Shown here one piece after another: positions 25,295 to 38,800 of a DNA stretch of 64,000 bases. The notes below the pieces were generated by a model. The model was given only the letters and a program-made list of their open reading frames with translations, did no database searches and was not told the origin of the DNA. This DNA comes from Podarcis cretensis. Its lineage: Eukaryota. The position numbers and the translations under genes were made by a program. Position 1 is the first letter of the stretch, and each line of letters starts with the position of its first letter. The DNA lies in contig OX638149.1 of NCBI GenBank assembly GCA_951804945.1, forward strand, positions 48,546,001 through 48,610,000. Direction: 5' to 3'.

Positions 25295-26822
25295 GTGTAG
25301 TACTGGTTCTCCCAACTAACATTAACACTCTTCTTTCCTCTTTCTCTTCTCGTCTCCTTGCCTTTCTTTTCTCACTCTCTATAGTCTCTTTTTGTTTTCC
25401 AACTGCTCAATCCTTAACACTGCTGTGTATGCACAACCTGTCACATGGTACTGATGGGAGCTAGCGAGACAATGCATTCTAGGTGTGGGGAAGTGTGTGT
25501 GCCTGTGGTGTGTGTGGCTTGTGAATGTCAGCGCACATTCTTGGAATAACTAGACACTGGGGTTTTCAGCTCTATCACTGACACCACAGAATAGGCTGTG
25601 AAGCACTGTGTTCCATCATGAAGTAAAGCTGTGTATTTCTTGAAGCTCTTTCCGTGGAGCTATCCTCCCAGACAGCATTTGCTCTTGGTATGCCAGGCAA
25701 CACCCCGATGTCTGCAATGCACAATGGTCAGCACACCGCTTTGCAAGAGTAACTGTTTGGTTCTTTGCAAAAGGAAAAGTTTCACTAATCAGTTTTGTCT
25801 AGCCCTTTAAAAAAAATGGTATTTCTACTTACTGGATTTTGGGCATAATGGATAATATTGCAGTCAGCGGTGATATCATGAACAAATAGAAATTCAGGCT
25901 ACATACGTCCAATATTTCCACATTTCACTGTGTGCAACATCCTCTTGTGCCATTCTTGTGCACTCCTGAGCTTATGCCAATGCCACTCTCCTTGCCAGTA
26001 AGGACACAGATTCTACCCAATGGTTGCACTTTTATTTCAACTCCACGTTGGTTCCATAGACCCAAATGAAAACCTCTCTACATCTGTTGAAGTGTGATTA
26101 TGCAGAGGTTGATTAGGCTGAGAGCAGGAGTGGTGTGGTTGGGGCTGTGCAAAGACGGAAGCAGAGCTAGTCCAGGGCTCCTGCCTGTGTGTACTTTCAT
26201 CAGGGCCAGCCCACTCAAGAGGCAAGGTGAGGCAACCACCTCAGGCAGCAGGATCCACAGGGGCAGCAGATCTGGCCTCCAAACAATGTATATCTTGCTG
26301 CTGCACTCCTTGGAGGCAGATCTGCCACCTCCTCGGCAGCCCATCCCCAGTGCCGCCTCTACAGCAACTTCTTGATGAGTAGGAGCCACTGCTGGTCTCC
26401 TCCCACCCACAGAGAAGAAATGGCCAGGGCTGCCCTCTGGGGTCTGTTGAGCTCTGCACCTGCCTGGTGTGATTCAGAGCGGGCCCCTGCTCACCCCCTC
26501 TGATTCCCACTTTAACCATCAGATAAGGTTGAGTTTATCCCCGCCCTTGTTCCCAGTGTAGATCCTCAGTCACCCCTACTTGCCTGGCAGGGGTGCCATT
26601 TTGTAGTTCAAATGTCTTAAGCTGGCCCTGCCATGCAGCCTTGACCATGCTGTTGTCTTGCCCAAGCGTAAGCCATAGGGATGGCAATGTCTGGATGGTT
26701 GCTCCACCCCGCTGCCCACGACTGGCTGAGAAAATGATCTGGCATGATTCCCCCAATGGCAGCATAGCTGAGCAGTGATTTCTCCTTGGCCTACCCATAT
26801 CTGCGTGTGTGCTCTCTCACTG

Positions 26823-26874
<52 letters not shown>

Positions 26875-29800
26875 ATGCACTTGCTCTTTGTTCCATTGGG
26901 CTTCTATTTCCAAGTGCACTTCTTTTACCCTCATGACTTCTTTCCGGATTAACGCAGAGGCAGTCTCAGTGTAACATTTTGCATTTTAAGAAAAGGTTAG
27001 ATGCAACACCTAAATGTAGTTCCACATCTGTTTCCCCGCTGAGCCACTCAGGAGCCCAACTTCAGGGTCTCCTCCTTCACACAATTATTTTGATGTTGAC
27101 CTGACATCTTTGTGACCAGGACTGTTTCTGAGCAGTGCCTTGGAGGCTGTCAACATCACCCTGGAGGCAGAAGTGTAGATGTGGGAACAGTGGCAACATA
27201 CACAGCTACCTAAATACCTTCTTCCTTAAAGGCCTTTTCAATACACATAGAGAGACTTTACCAGAAAATGGTGGCAGTCTGATGCACCTGACTGTACTGT
27301 GGGAATTGAGAGTGTTTCAAACATGCGACCTAAAAAACACATTTGAGCTTTTTTCACTCTTTGTGCCATGTATTAATTTGGCAGAGAATTCAGAAGAGAG
27401 TATCTGCCGCTGCCAGGGTAGATTTTTCATTTGTGTTAGGAGCCAATTTAAGCCTCATATGTGGAAATGCCCTGAGATAGGTGTCTGACAAAAGTCTTGA
27501 CTGCTATTTATTTGTCTCTCAGAGTTGCTTCTGATATTCTTCACATTACAAAGGCCTGTTTCAGACGGTAGCTACTTTGTGGCACTTACCTTACCTATGT
27601 GTGGTTTCAAAATGTAAGGGATGAAATTTTCATATCTGCTTCTCCTGAACAAGTAACTAGGAGGGATTGTGTTAGAACTGGCCTAAGAGCTCTAATAGAA
27701 AGCCCCAGGGACATTACAGGGCAATCTCCAGGGGGAAAGAGAAAGTAGGAAATGATCAGTTTTCTTCCTTTTGACACATTTGACAGAATAAAAGCAACCA
27801 TACTGTTACCATTAGCCCTTTTCTGCTGCTGCCTTAGTGTTAACATAATGTACCATTAGGAAGGGAAAGAATCAAGTCAGTGAACTTTGTAAAAGTCATT
27901 TAAACTGCATTCTTACCAGTGTCTCTTTTTTGAATGAAAATGACATGCTTACCTGGTTGGATTGCATTGTGCCTTTAACCTTGTAACACTGAATTTCATG
28001 AACACTGAGTAGCACCTAGGGCTGCCATATTTCAGAAAAGTAAAAAACCAGGACAGACACCCCGAACATTGTTGAACTTTTTTTATAACAAAAACACCAA
28101 AGAAGCTTGATTTTTTGATTGACTTTCCTAAGATCAAAGTGCCGCCTTTCGGAAATTCCCCTGGATGTCAATTCCACCTTTGAAATCCTGGTAATGTCTA
28201 GGGGGGGGGGGGGATCCGGACGTATGGCAGGCCTAGCAGCACCTCATTCAGCAAAAGCAAATTTCTAAGCCACAGGCACCTCCAGCCCCCCCCCCCCAAA
28301 AAAAAAACTACATAAGCATATCAGATCCTGGCCTGGTTGGCATTATGCTTAACTATGATTTAAAGCTGAATGAGAAACATGCTGGTGCCCAGTGCAAAAA
28401 TTGCAAGCACTTTAATCCCCTCACGCTTTTGCTGCTGCCACACTGCCAGGAACTAAGCCATGGTTTGTCTTAGCATTACATCCAAACAGAGGCTTGTATT
28501 GTCCCTCTCCAAACAAGCCACGAGCTGTAACTAAGGTTTCCTCTTGGATTCCATCGCAAGGTTTGTTTGGGGAAAACAAACGACAGGCCAGAGTTCAGGT
28601 GTAATACTGATGGATTCATTCTCAGCAAGAGCAGAGAAGGAGCCAAGCAGCTGCAATTTTAGCTCCATGCACCAGTATATATGTAAACCATAGTTAAACT
28701 TAAATGGACCTGCAATTGCAGGCGTGCGTTTTTAAAGGAAAGGGGAAAAGTCAGTGTGTGTCTTCTTGGAGCAAGAGTACTACCCTAGATGGAAAGAGGT
28801 GTGCGTGTGTGTACGTGTATGTGTGTATGCTAATGTAACCATGCTCCCCGCCAAAGACCAAACCTGATATTATAAAATGTGTGTGTGAGAGAGAAATTGG
28901 CTCTTCTCCTAAAACACTTCAGGTATATGTGTGTGTGTCTTTGGCTCTGCTTTGCCTATGGACATTTTTGATTGGTTATTGTCGAGCCAGCTGACAAGCT
29001 GTTATTACCATGTGACACTCAACTAAATGTGCTGCAGAAATCACCTTCCACTAACCATCAACAAGGACCAGGTTCCCTTTCCTCGCCCCTTGCCCCTCCC
29101 AGCCCTCCTTTCCTCCTCTAACGTTCTCCGACTCACCTAAAGATCAGCTACGACCAGCGTGCCATAGAAAGCCAGTGAAAGGGCTGCCACAGGCAGTGGC
29201 AGGAGTGGGAATGGTGCATGTGGGAATGGTGTGGCGGTGGAGGTGCTGCCGCTGCTGCTGTTTGCTGCATCTGCTCCCAACCAGGCAACCCACTGTACAC
29301 ACATGTCTTTCTTGTTGTCCCTACAGGAAGACCGTAAGGGTTAATATAGTAGATGAGGAGGAATACGAAAGGCAGGAGAATTTCTTCATTGCCCTTGGTG
29401 AACCGAAATGGATGGAACGAGGAATATCAGGTGTGAGATTCTTTTTGGAAAAACAAACAAAAGAAACCCAAATCCACAAAAAAGTAATCTTTTTGCTCCC
29501 CCCCACCCTTTTTTTCTCTTTCATTTTTACACGGACCAAGTTTTATTCCTTTCCCTCCTATATTCTCGCTCTCACCCTGTTTCGGTCCCATCTCTGAGTT
29601 TTTGAGCCTAGCTTATTTCGGATCCTCCTTTCGTGCAGTGCTTGTGCCTGTCAGGCCGTGTGAGCCGCGTGTGTTTGAAGCGTTTCTTCTCTTTCTCTCT
29701 CTCTCTCTCGCTTTCTTCCCCCTTTCGGTGACATCTTTGGCCTTCTCCCTCATGCTGAGACTGAAAGCCCTCCCCAGCCCTGCCAAAAGAATGCAACTTG

Positions 29801-32800
29801 CATGGCTGCCTTTTCAGCTTCCTCCCCAGTTCTGTATCTTGCACAGTCTTTCCCGCCTCCTCCGCCTCCTTGCTCCTTTTCTGTGGCATAACTTGCTGTG
29901 GATGACTTTGGGTGCTGGTGAATTTTTATTTTTTAACACCTACAGCTGGAATTGTAATAAACGGGTTCTGTCATAATAATGACAATGAGCATTTGCATTC
30001 TGTTTGCTTCTTCGGTGCAAAAATCTGACAGCCTGGCCTGGCAGGGAAAAATTATACTTTTATTAATAAAACTTCACAGCTCTAACATTAAAGGTAAAGG
30101 TAAAGGTTCCCCTTCCCGTACGGGCCAGTCGTGTCCGACTCTAGGGTTGTGCGCCCATCTCACTTAAGAGGCCGGGGGACAGCGCTGTCCGGAGACACTT
30201 CCGGGTCACGTGGCCAGTGTGACGAAGCTGCTCTGGCGAGCCAGCACCAGTGCAGCACATGGAAACGCCGTTTACCTTCCCGCTATAAAGCGGTACCTAT
30301 TTATCTACTTGCACTTAGGGGTGCTTTCGAACTGCTAGGTGGGCAGGAGCTGGGACTGAAAGACGGGAACTCACCCCGCCACGGGGATTCGAACCGCCGA
30401 CCATACGATCGGCAAGCCCTAGGCACTGAGGTTTTACCCACAGCGCCACCTCGCTAAACCTTCTGGTTAGCTGGCAGATGAAAATGAAGCTGACTGCACA
30501 TCAGCAACAGAGGAGTCTGTTGATTTTGGAAGTTAAACCATCTTCTGAGGCGTCACTCCTAGGCCTGTTTATGTGCATGTGGCAGGCACCCACCTCAAAA
30601 GGGCAGGCACACGAGGATCTATCAAGGGTTTTCACACAGCTCCTCTTCATTTCAGTGGGTCTTGTCAAGGGGGTCCCAGTGTACCAAACCACTGACCAAA
30701 GCGAGCAGCATCCTATACCACTGAATGCAGAAGTCATGAGAAGGCAGAGATAAACTCACTTTTAAAGTATTTTGTTTAATTTATAGCAAAGCATGCATTA
30801 AATATTTTAGATCAATAAATTGTGTTTCCTAGTATAATACCTATCGTACAAACAAATCAAGTTCTCTCGGCTTTATGGTTAAATAAATTGATGCTTTTGT
30901 ACAGCCGTTTTTTAAAAAGTGACATTAAATAATGGTTCTCCAAAATAATTAACAACAACAACAACAACAACAATACTGGGGAGACATTTTTGTTGGCTCT
31001 TCTTAAAAAAAGGCTGCAAAATTTTAAAGCATCAATTCCTTCAAGCATAAAGCCAGAAGAGCTTGATTTGTTTGTGTATGGTAATCCTGCCCTATTCTGA
31101 GGGTTCATAATGCAATATTAAACAAAGAAATTAAAAGTGTGTGATGAAACTATTCAAGTGTTTTAAATCAAGTATTTTAAGCTAATTTTTTTGAATAAAG
31201 CCTCTCCAATGCTTACTCATAATCCCCTAAATCCAGTCCTCCCAATCCACTCCTTTGCCTCTCAGCTAAGGGAATGCCAACCTTCCATCAATGCTTCTTC
31301 TCCCTCCCGCATGTCTGTTACCGGCACCTAATAAGCTCTACCTTTCTTCTCTCCCTCCCCAGCCCAGCCCAGCCTTTCCTAATGCACTTCAGTAGTGGCA
31401 TCCACAACAGCCCTGTTAGCTTTTTCCTTGGTTCTACTATTTCTATACTCTTGATTCTTCCCTTCCAGATAAAGTGAAGGGAGATCCGTGATGGATCTCC
31501 CCTTGGTTTCTTCACAGCTAAACTTTGCTATGGAGCGACCCAATGTCAAGTCAAGCCCCCAGTGTGTGGGGCGGGGGTAGAGAGCTAATGAATTGCCTGC
31601 CTGTTATGTCCCCATGGGGCAAACAGCATCTTTTTGGGGGGGGGGGTTGGTTTATTTCACATGTCATGGGGAGACAGCTTCCTCATCCATTGTTCTGGTC
31701 ACTGTCCAACTCAAGCCACCTCATGAGTGCTTTTAGGTACAGATAAAAATCAGAGGAGGTCCAGTCCCAGATCTCCTACCATATCATCTAGTTGGCCCTA
31801 ACTGTTAATCTTTAATAACCATGTGGCAGAGACAAATTCAGCAAGGACTGAAGCTCAGTGGTAGAGCACATGCTGTACATGCAGAAAGTCTTGGTTCAAT
31901 CTCTGCATCTCCAGGTCAGGTTGGGAAAGACTCCTGCCTGAAACTCTGGAGAGCTGCTGTCGGTCAGTGTCAACAGTGCTAAGGTAGATGGACCAATGGC
32001 CTTACTTTGTATAAGGCAGCTTTCTATGTTCCTCCTGAGGCGGCCACACATGTTGCTGCTACGACCATTATTACAGGGTCTGATTCCCCTTTCAGGGTTT
32101 GAGCCTAGAGAATGTACAACTACCCAGGTGGAGTCCTGGCCACTGCCTGGGCTGGAGACACTGTGTGGAAATGAGAGCAGGTGTTGATAGCTCTGTTATC
32201 CTTTGTGTGAATTTGTATTTTAATGTTTATTTCACTCTGCCAAGTTATTTGGTAGAGAAATGAGGCTGAACCAATGTGTGCCTCTTCCTTCCCTCTCTCC
32301 CGGATTAACTGTTCATCCTATTTAGATAAATTCATCCTATAAGATGTTCAATCTTTGTTACCCTCCAGGCTTCTAGTGTATTAGCTAAATTGAATTAAAT
32401 TGTATTTTGTGAGCTCCTCAGCCATTTTACGTTTGAATTCCCTTCAGAATTATTGGCTGTAACTATGTTCGGCCCTCATAATCCTGTGCGTTATCAGTTT
32501 CCCGACATTTCCCTCTTTTGTAATCTCATTCTGTGACAATGCCCCCCCCCCCAGATTAGGCCTGAGGTGGGTATCCTCTTTCTCTTTAATTTGTAGCTTG
32601 GTAAGGAACACAGGGATCAGAACCCACCAGCAAATATATCTCTTCTTGCCAATGCCCTTGTTCCATTTGTGATAACAAATGCAAAACAACCACCACCACC
32701 AAGAGTTTGTTGAACTTCTCGTTGTTAGAGCTGTAAATGGGTTGCCTTCTTCTCCCTTCCACTGATTGGCTCCAAGGCTTCCTAATCTCATTCTGCAGTC

Positions 32801-35800
32801 CCATGGTTCTATATGTTTCCCTTATCTGCAGTGACAGGGACCAAACCGTTGTTGGCGAAACATAACAGGGCCTAGAAGCCTTCCAGCAGATTGTGTCACC
32901 TTTCTGGTCGCCCTACTGTCAGTACCTTTTGAGTGTCCCTCCAGTAAATCCAGCCTTTTTTTTTCCTTGCTAGGAAGATGACATCTTTTCACTGGGCTGT
33001 TAACTCATTTGATGGCTTGAGTGTCACATTAGTTGACAACTGGGGTCTAGGTTTCCTTTTACTTTGTCAGCCCCCGAGGGAAATTTGGGCTGGATATTCC
33101 CTTCACACAACAGTTTTGACACTCCAGCATTAGAGGGGCTACAGCACCAGGTCTCCTTTTTCAGTCAGGGTGCTCCAAAGTCTAAATTATAATGGCCTGA
33201 AGGGTATAATGCAAGGTATAATTCCATCACAGCATTTGGTTCAGAAGATGGAGAAGGAATTGCATTTCATTGGAACCTCTCCAGCTGTGCCACACACTTC
33301 TGCATGTGTAACAAAGGCAAAGCAAGGTTTGGTTTGCCCAGGCAGCAAACACAGCTCTCCTTTTTAGCCCCCACCCCAAGAAATGAAAGAGAAAGGGAGT
33401 TGTGTGAGACACAACTCTGTGTTTTGAAGTCCCAGAGGAAGAACTATGGAGAAACAGAGAGTTGTAAGGAAAAATCATGTTTTTCATTGGGTGATGGCAA
33501 AACTCACATCACTGAGAGAAAAGTTTAGATCTCTTCTGGAAATGGCTTTGTGCATGTTGAGTGACTTTGGCCTTACCAAACGCATCTGAGAAGATACAGT
33601 AGCCACTGCAGTATATCTCCAAAGTAGACTGCCAACCACGTACACCTTTTGAACTTTGGCACAGAAGAGTACCTAACATGCCACATATGCATGTACTTGG
33701 CAGTATTGCCCATGCCTGTGTACCCAAGGAGGATAGGCACAAGTTAGATTCCAGAGCAGAAGAGACTATTGTGATTGGCTATGCTCTGAGAAGCAAAGGA
33801 TACAAAGTAATGGACTTGGGTACTGGAAAAGTCAGCACAAGACGTGGTTCATTTTGATGAATACAGGAGAGCTGTCAAGAGAGGAACTGTGATGGACTTT
33901 TCTGGTGAGTCAGAGGAAGAAACACAAGCCCTCATAAATTTACCAAAATTGATGTATAACAGTCCAGATCTGCCTTCTACTGTCACACCACTTAGCACAG
34001 ATGCTGAACAGGAAAGAGAAGCAGAGGAGCAGATTCCAAGATGCAGCACAGCCAGAGGGAAGCAGACTAATGACGACATGTTTGCGTTAAAGGGTGATGA
34101 AGAAGCAGACGAGGTTCCAGAGCCAGGTGTCAGGTGCTCACCAAGACCCAGTCCCACAACTGTCCCATCTTGCAAGGTCATCGCAACCTCTAGAACCTTC
34201 CACCTGGGAAAAGATAGAGCAGATGCTAACTGCTGAAGCTCACCTGTGAAGGGATGCTGCACAGGAAGAGATTGATGCACTGCACCAGCACCAGACCTGG
34301 ACAAGAAGGCAATTGGGTGCAGAAGGGGAAATTGAGTACAGCTCGGCCAAAGGAAAGCTCCTGTACTTAACCACAACAACCAGACCTGACAGCAAATGCA
34401 GTGGGAATCCTAAGCAGGAAAGTTAGCTCTCCCACTGAGAAGGACTGAACTGCTGTGAAAAGTTGTTGTTAGTTACTTAAAGTGAACTATGAATTGTAAA
34501 CTTACGCTGACAACAATCCAAAACTATGAGTACGTGGATGCAGACTGAGCCAGAAAGCCAAAGGAGTATAAGTCAACAGGTGGATTTCTCTTTATGTTTG
34601 GAAATTGTCCTGTTTCCTGGGCCATTTGTAAACAAAATTCTGTAGCTTTGTCTTCCTCAGAGTACATAGCCACAGCCACAGCATACAGAGAAATGGTCTG
34701 GATTGACCAATAACTACGGACTTCGGGTTGTGTGGGGAGAAACTTGTCTGATGGGTGTACACTCAAAGCTACTTGAAATTATCTCAAAGCAAGAGGTTTC
34801 ATGCAAGACCCAAACACATTGGGGTGAAATACTACTATGTGCCTGCAGTGATACCAGATGGACTTGCTGAATCAGCGTACTGTCAAACCAAAGAAATGAC
34901 AGCCAGCATTCTGACCAACTCCCTACCAAGAGATAGTTTTGAGAACCTCTGAATCGAGATGGGACTCTAGGTGGTTCATCAATTGTACATGCAATTGGTG
35001 TATTTGCCTGAGAAGGGGTTTGTAGTATAACCAGCCTCATCTAATCAGCATGCTTAAGTCTCCTACCAGGCTTCGCTCACCTTGAGAGGGATTGGAATGG
35101 AAGCCTATTCTTCCCGTCATAGTCTGCCATGTGAACTCCAGGTTTGGGCCAGTTGCTCCAAGCTCAGAATGCATGGCCTCTTTTAAAAGCCATTCTTGAG
35201 TTCCAATAATTTAGGGACCTTACCTTCACCACTGTAACTAACCTAAGTTTTGCTGCCTGTGTATTCTGAATGCTGTATGAAAAGCAAATGAATCTGACCT
35301 TTGGTGAGCTTGTAAGTAAACAATTTTTTAACTTACTAAATGTGTGGTCTTTTTTCTATGCTAAGGGAAGAGGGGAACTTTGGAAGAAGTTGAAGGGCAT
35401 ATTTTAAAGATCTAACAGCCTATATTTCCACACTTTACTTTGCTGCATGTTTTGTGATTTTAAATCTCTGTTCGGGTTCTCTCACCCAAGAGTTCTTGCC
35501 CCAAACCTGGATCTTGGCATTCAGGGAATTCTCCTTTTTATACCTATATTTTTCCTTGCCAACCAACATTCCTGAATTCATAGTGTTCTTCAAATATTCA
35601 TGTGAAACATTAGAAGTGAGAGAAAAACACTCCATTACTTGAGTGAAGCGCAAATGAAAGGAAAATATCCCAGATCATCAAGAAATGGGTGTTTTAAGAG
35701 ACATAAAGGTCTGCTTTTGTCACAGAAGTGGTTGTTGTTGTTGTTGTTTTAAAAAACTAGTGTATTTATATGTCCCTTTTCCATAATTAGCCATGCCCGA

Positions 35801-38800
35801 AGCAGTTCACAACAGCCAGTTTTCAAAGTGCAAAGCATTGGGGTTGGGGAGACAAGTCAGTTTACAAAACATGTAAATAAATCCAAACAGCTCAAAATCA
35901 GCAGGGACCCTTGCACTAATAGGATGACATTGATGGATATAGAGTTCGGATTCTTAAATGGCAACAACTTTGGCAATCAAATTAAGCAGCCTTCTAGACT
36001 GGCCTTTTGTAGGCAGTGCCACCCAAAAAAAACAAAACAACAACAGAAACAGAAGCAGAATGTAAGAAATGGCTTGAGAGGGTTTCACCATCAACATTGT
36101 GATCTGCAAGCTGCAGTATCATTGATGGGTGCATATGGGAGCAAGGAGAGGGGCTCATCTGTTCCTTCTGATTAGATTACAGTATGCAGGCTAAGTTTGT
36201 AAAAGATTTTTTCCCAAGACATTGAAAAGATAACGCACATTAACCTGTCTCCATTTCACACTTTTATCAAAAAGGTCATATTTCTCCAGACTGTTCTTAA
36301 TTACATTCTTATTTCAGAATTATATTTCCTGCTAAGGCAACCTTTCATAGAAGCAGATATAAAAATAGCAGAGACTTGGTTGTATGTGCACCACAGACTG
36401 CCAGCAATGTCCTACCCCTGGATTCATGATTTCCGCCATTAACTTTTGCCATGATTTTTAATTTATATAATTCATAAATTATGTTTACCTGCATAAACAA
36501 TATCAGGAACAAAAAATAAGTACATTTCTAACTCATGCATATTAATGTATAGAATATAATGGTGTGCTTTAAACTGCCCATCATACTATCATATTCAAAA
36601 CAATGAGAAATAGCATTTTACATTGGGGTGAACTTTCAGTCATTCATTCATTTATTTATATTTATAGCCTGCTTTTGAGAAATCTTCTCCACAAAACAAC
36701 TTACACTACCTTATATCTAAAATTGCTTTACAGGATAGAAGAAAAAAATAATCCCACCCATTAACTTTAGGAATAAAACAGCAAAACAACATTAAACTAA
36801 AAGGACTCACGGCATAAAATTCCCAACATGACCTATTAAAAGCCCCCAAAAGAGGTATGTCTTCAAAGCCCTCTGAAGGGCTTTGTTAAGGATGAGACCT
36901 GCCGCATCCCCACAGGGACATATTTTCACAAGTAAGAACCTTTATTACAGGTGGCCACCAGCCCAGTACTTTTAACAGGTGGGCACCTAAACAAATAGAC
37001 CCTCTTTTTGTTGATTTCAGGGCACAAGCAGTCTGTTATGGGTGCAGGCAGCCTTTCAAGTAACCCAGACCCAGACCATTAAGGTTTTAAAGTGGACTTG
37101 GAAGCTTACTAGCTATCAGAGCAATTGTTACAGTATAAGTGCTGCATGTTCCAATCACAGTCATTTCCCAAATTGTCTTCAAAGGCAGCCCTACATTCAG
37201 CACATTACAGTGGATGTGACAAGTGTATGGATAACTCAGACCAGATCAGACTTCTCTCAGAAAGATTGCCATTGGCATATCAGCCAAAGCTGGAAACAAG
37301 TGCACCTGGCCACTGCATCTATCTAGGTCTTCCCAGATAGGAACAAATCCAGGATCTCCCCCAAATGATCCTTTGGGGGAGTGGAAACTCGCCTAGGTCT
37401 ACCTGTACCCCTCTATCCAGAGACCGCAATTCTCCTCCTCGCAGAATGGCCACCTTGCCTGGGTTTAATCCTAGCTTTTTTGCTCTCATCCAACCCAAAA
37501 GCGTCTCCAAGCATTAGTTTAGGAACTCCTTGGGATTATTAGATGAAAAAGAGGGGTAGAATTGCATGTCATCTTCATGTTGGTGCACTTAAACCCAAAT
37601 ATTCAGATGCCATCTCTCAACAGTTTCTTATAGATGTTGAAAACCATAAAGGTACCCCATGGTTCATTGGCCATGGGGTGAAATAAAGGCCCTCCAATAC
37701 TACTGTCTATTACTGGGTTTCCTTATGATATCAAAAGCCACTGAAAGATCCAGGGGAACCAGCAGGATTGCACTTCCTCAGTCTGGTTCTTGGTACCTGA
37801 GTGAGAAAAGCCATTTCCATCCCTAAGCTTTCAGACATACTAAATCTCAAAGCATACAAGTTTTTAAATGAATTTCAAAGTAATATAGTTACAGAAACAA
37901 TGGTAACTGGCTTAAAAAAACCAATTTCTGTTACAAAATTCCTATGAGTCATATTAAATCTGAAACATGAAAAAGGAAAGCGATATAATGGGATTAAATG
38001 AGGCATTTTAGCATTAAAAAGATTATTAACTGTCTAAACCTAAATTAACAGTTCTGTCGTTAAACTACTCCTATCCATGTCAGACTACCAATTTGTTGTT
38101 GGCAGCCGTCTGTCTCACCTGGAGACTTCCAGTTAGCAAATAGAAATTAAAAGACTTGCATCAGAAGAGATTTCCAGCTGCATTATGAGATTGAGAAAGA
38201 TATGTAATCATGTGGCCTAAGTTATTTGTTGTGACTAGTCATTGTTAACATTACAGCTCCTGTTGTTTTATCAGTACTTTTATCTTGTAGTTTTATCTTG
38301 TACTTTTACAGCTCTAGGGTTCAATAGCACTTAACCTGCATCTTGATCAAGCGTTATAGAACAAAATCACAAGAAGATTATTTCAGAGCTCAAAATACAG
38401 TTAGACAAATTTGTTTTGGTTCTCGGAATTGCTTTACAAGTGCATTTGTAACTCTCTGTAACATTCCCAGGGAAAGTTAAGGAAGGTCTAGGCATTAGCC
38501 TTGGGGCCGTCAATTATTCTTCCATCTCTGGCCATGCTATGAGCTTCACTTTGTATCTTGGAATTGTACCCAGTCCCCCTTACAGCTATAGGTGGAATAT
38601 CACTGACAATTACCGTAGCTAAAGGAGTTATCAAAGCGAGCAGGCAAATTAGTTGGGGTGATGTTTTATTTCCCACTGCAGCAACAGTAATTTTGCTACG
38701 GAGTAAGGTGGCTTAAAGTTCATTTTTAAGCATGAATCATGACTCGCATCTTACTTTTTGAGCAAAGGCAAAGTTACAGTCGCTAAGCACCAACTATTCT

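Noticed and set aside
25295-29326. Steric (tropomyosin-type) exclusion of exons A and B through a distant branch point
   Set aside because: The intron is 4 kb with many AGs between the branch-like motif at 25315 and the exon B acceptor, so it cannot be exon B's branch point.
29175-29597. 140-aa ORF as a standalone gene or extended exon
   Set aside because: Only 29327-29430 is NCX-like and splice-bounded; the flanks are intronic read-through.
31844-31915. tRNA gene
   Set aside because: Degenerate cloverleaf followed by a SINE body that has other copies in the window.
33844-34379. 130-aa acidic ORF and 176-aa antisense ORF as novel genes
   Set aside because: They are the low-complexity linker between copia integrase and RT and its reverse frame.
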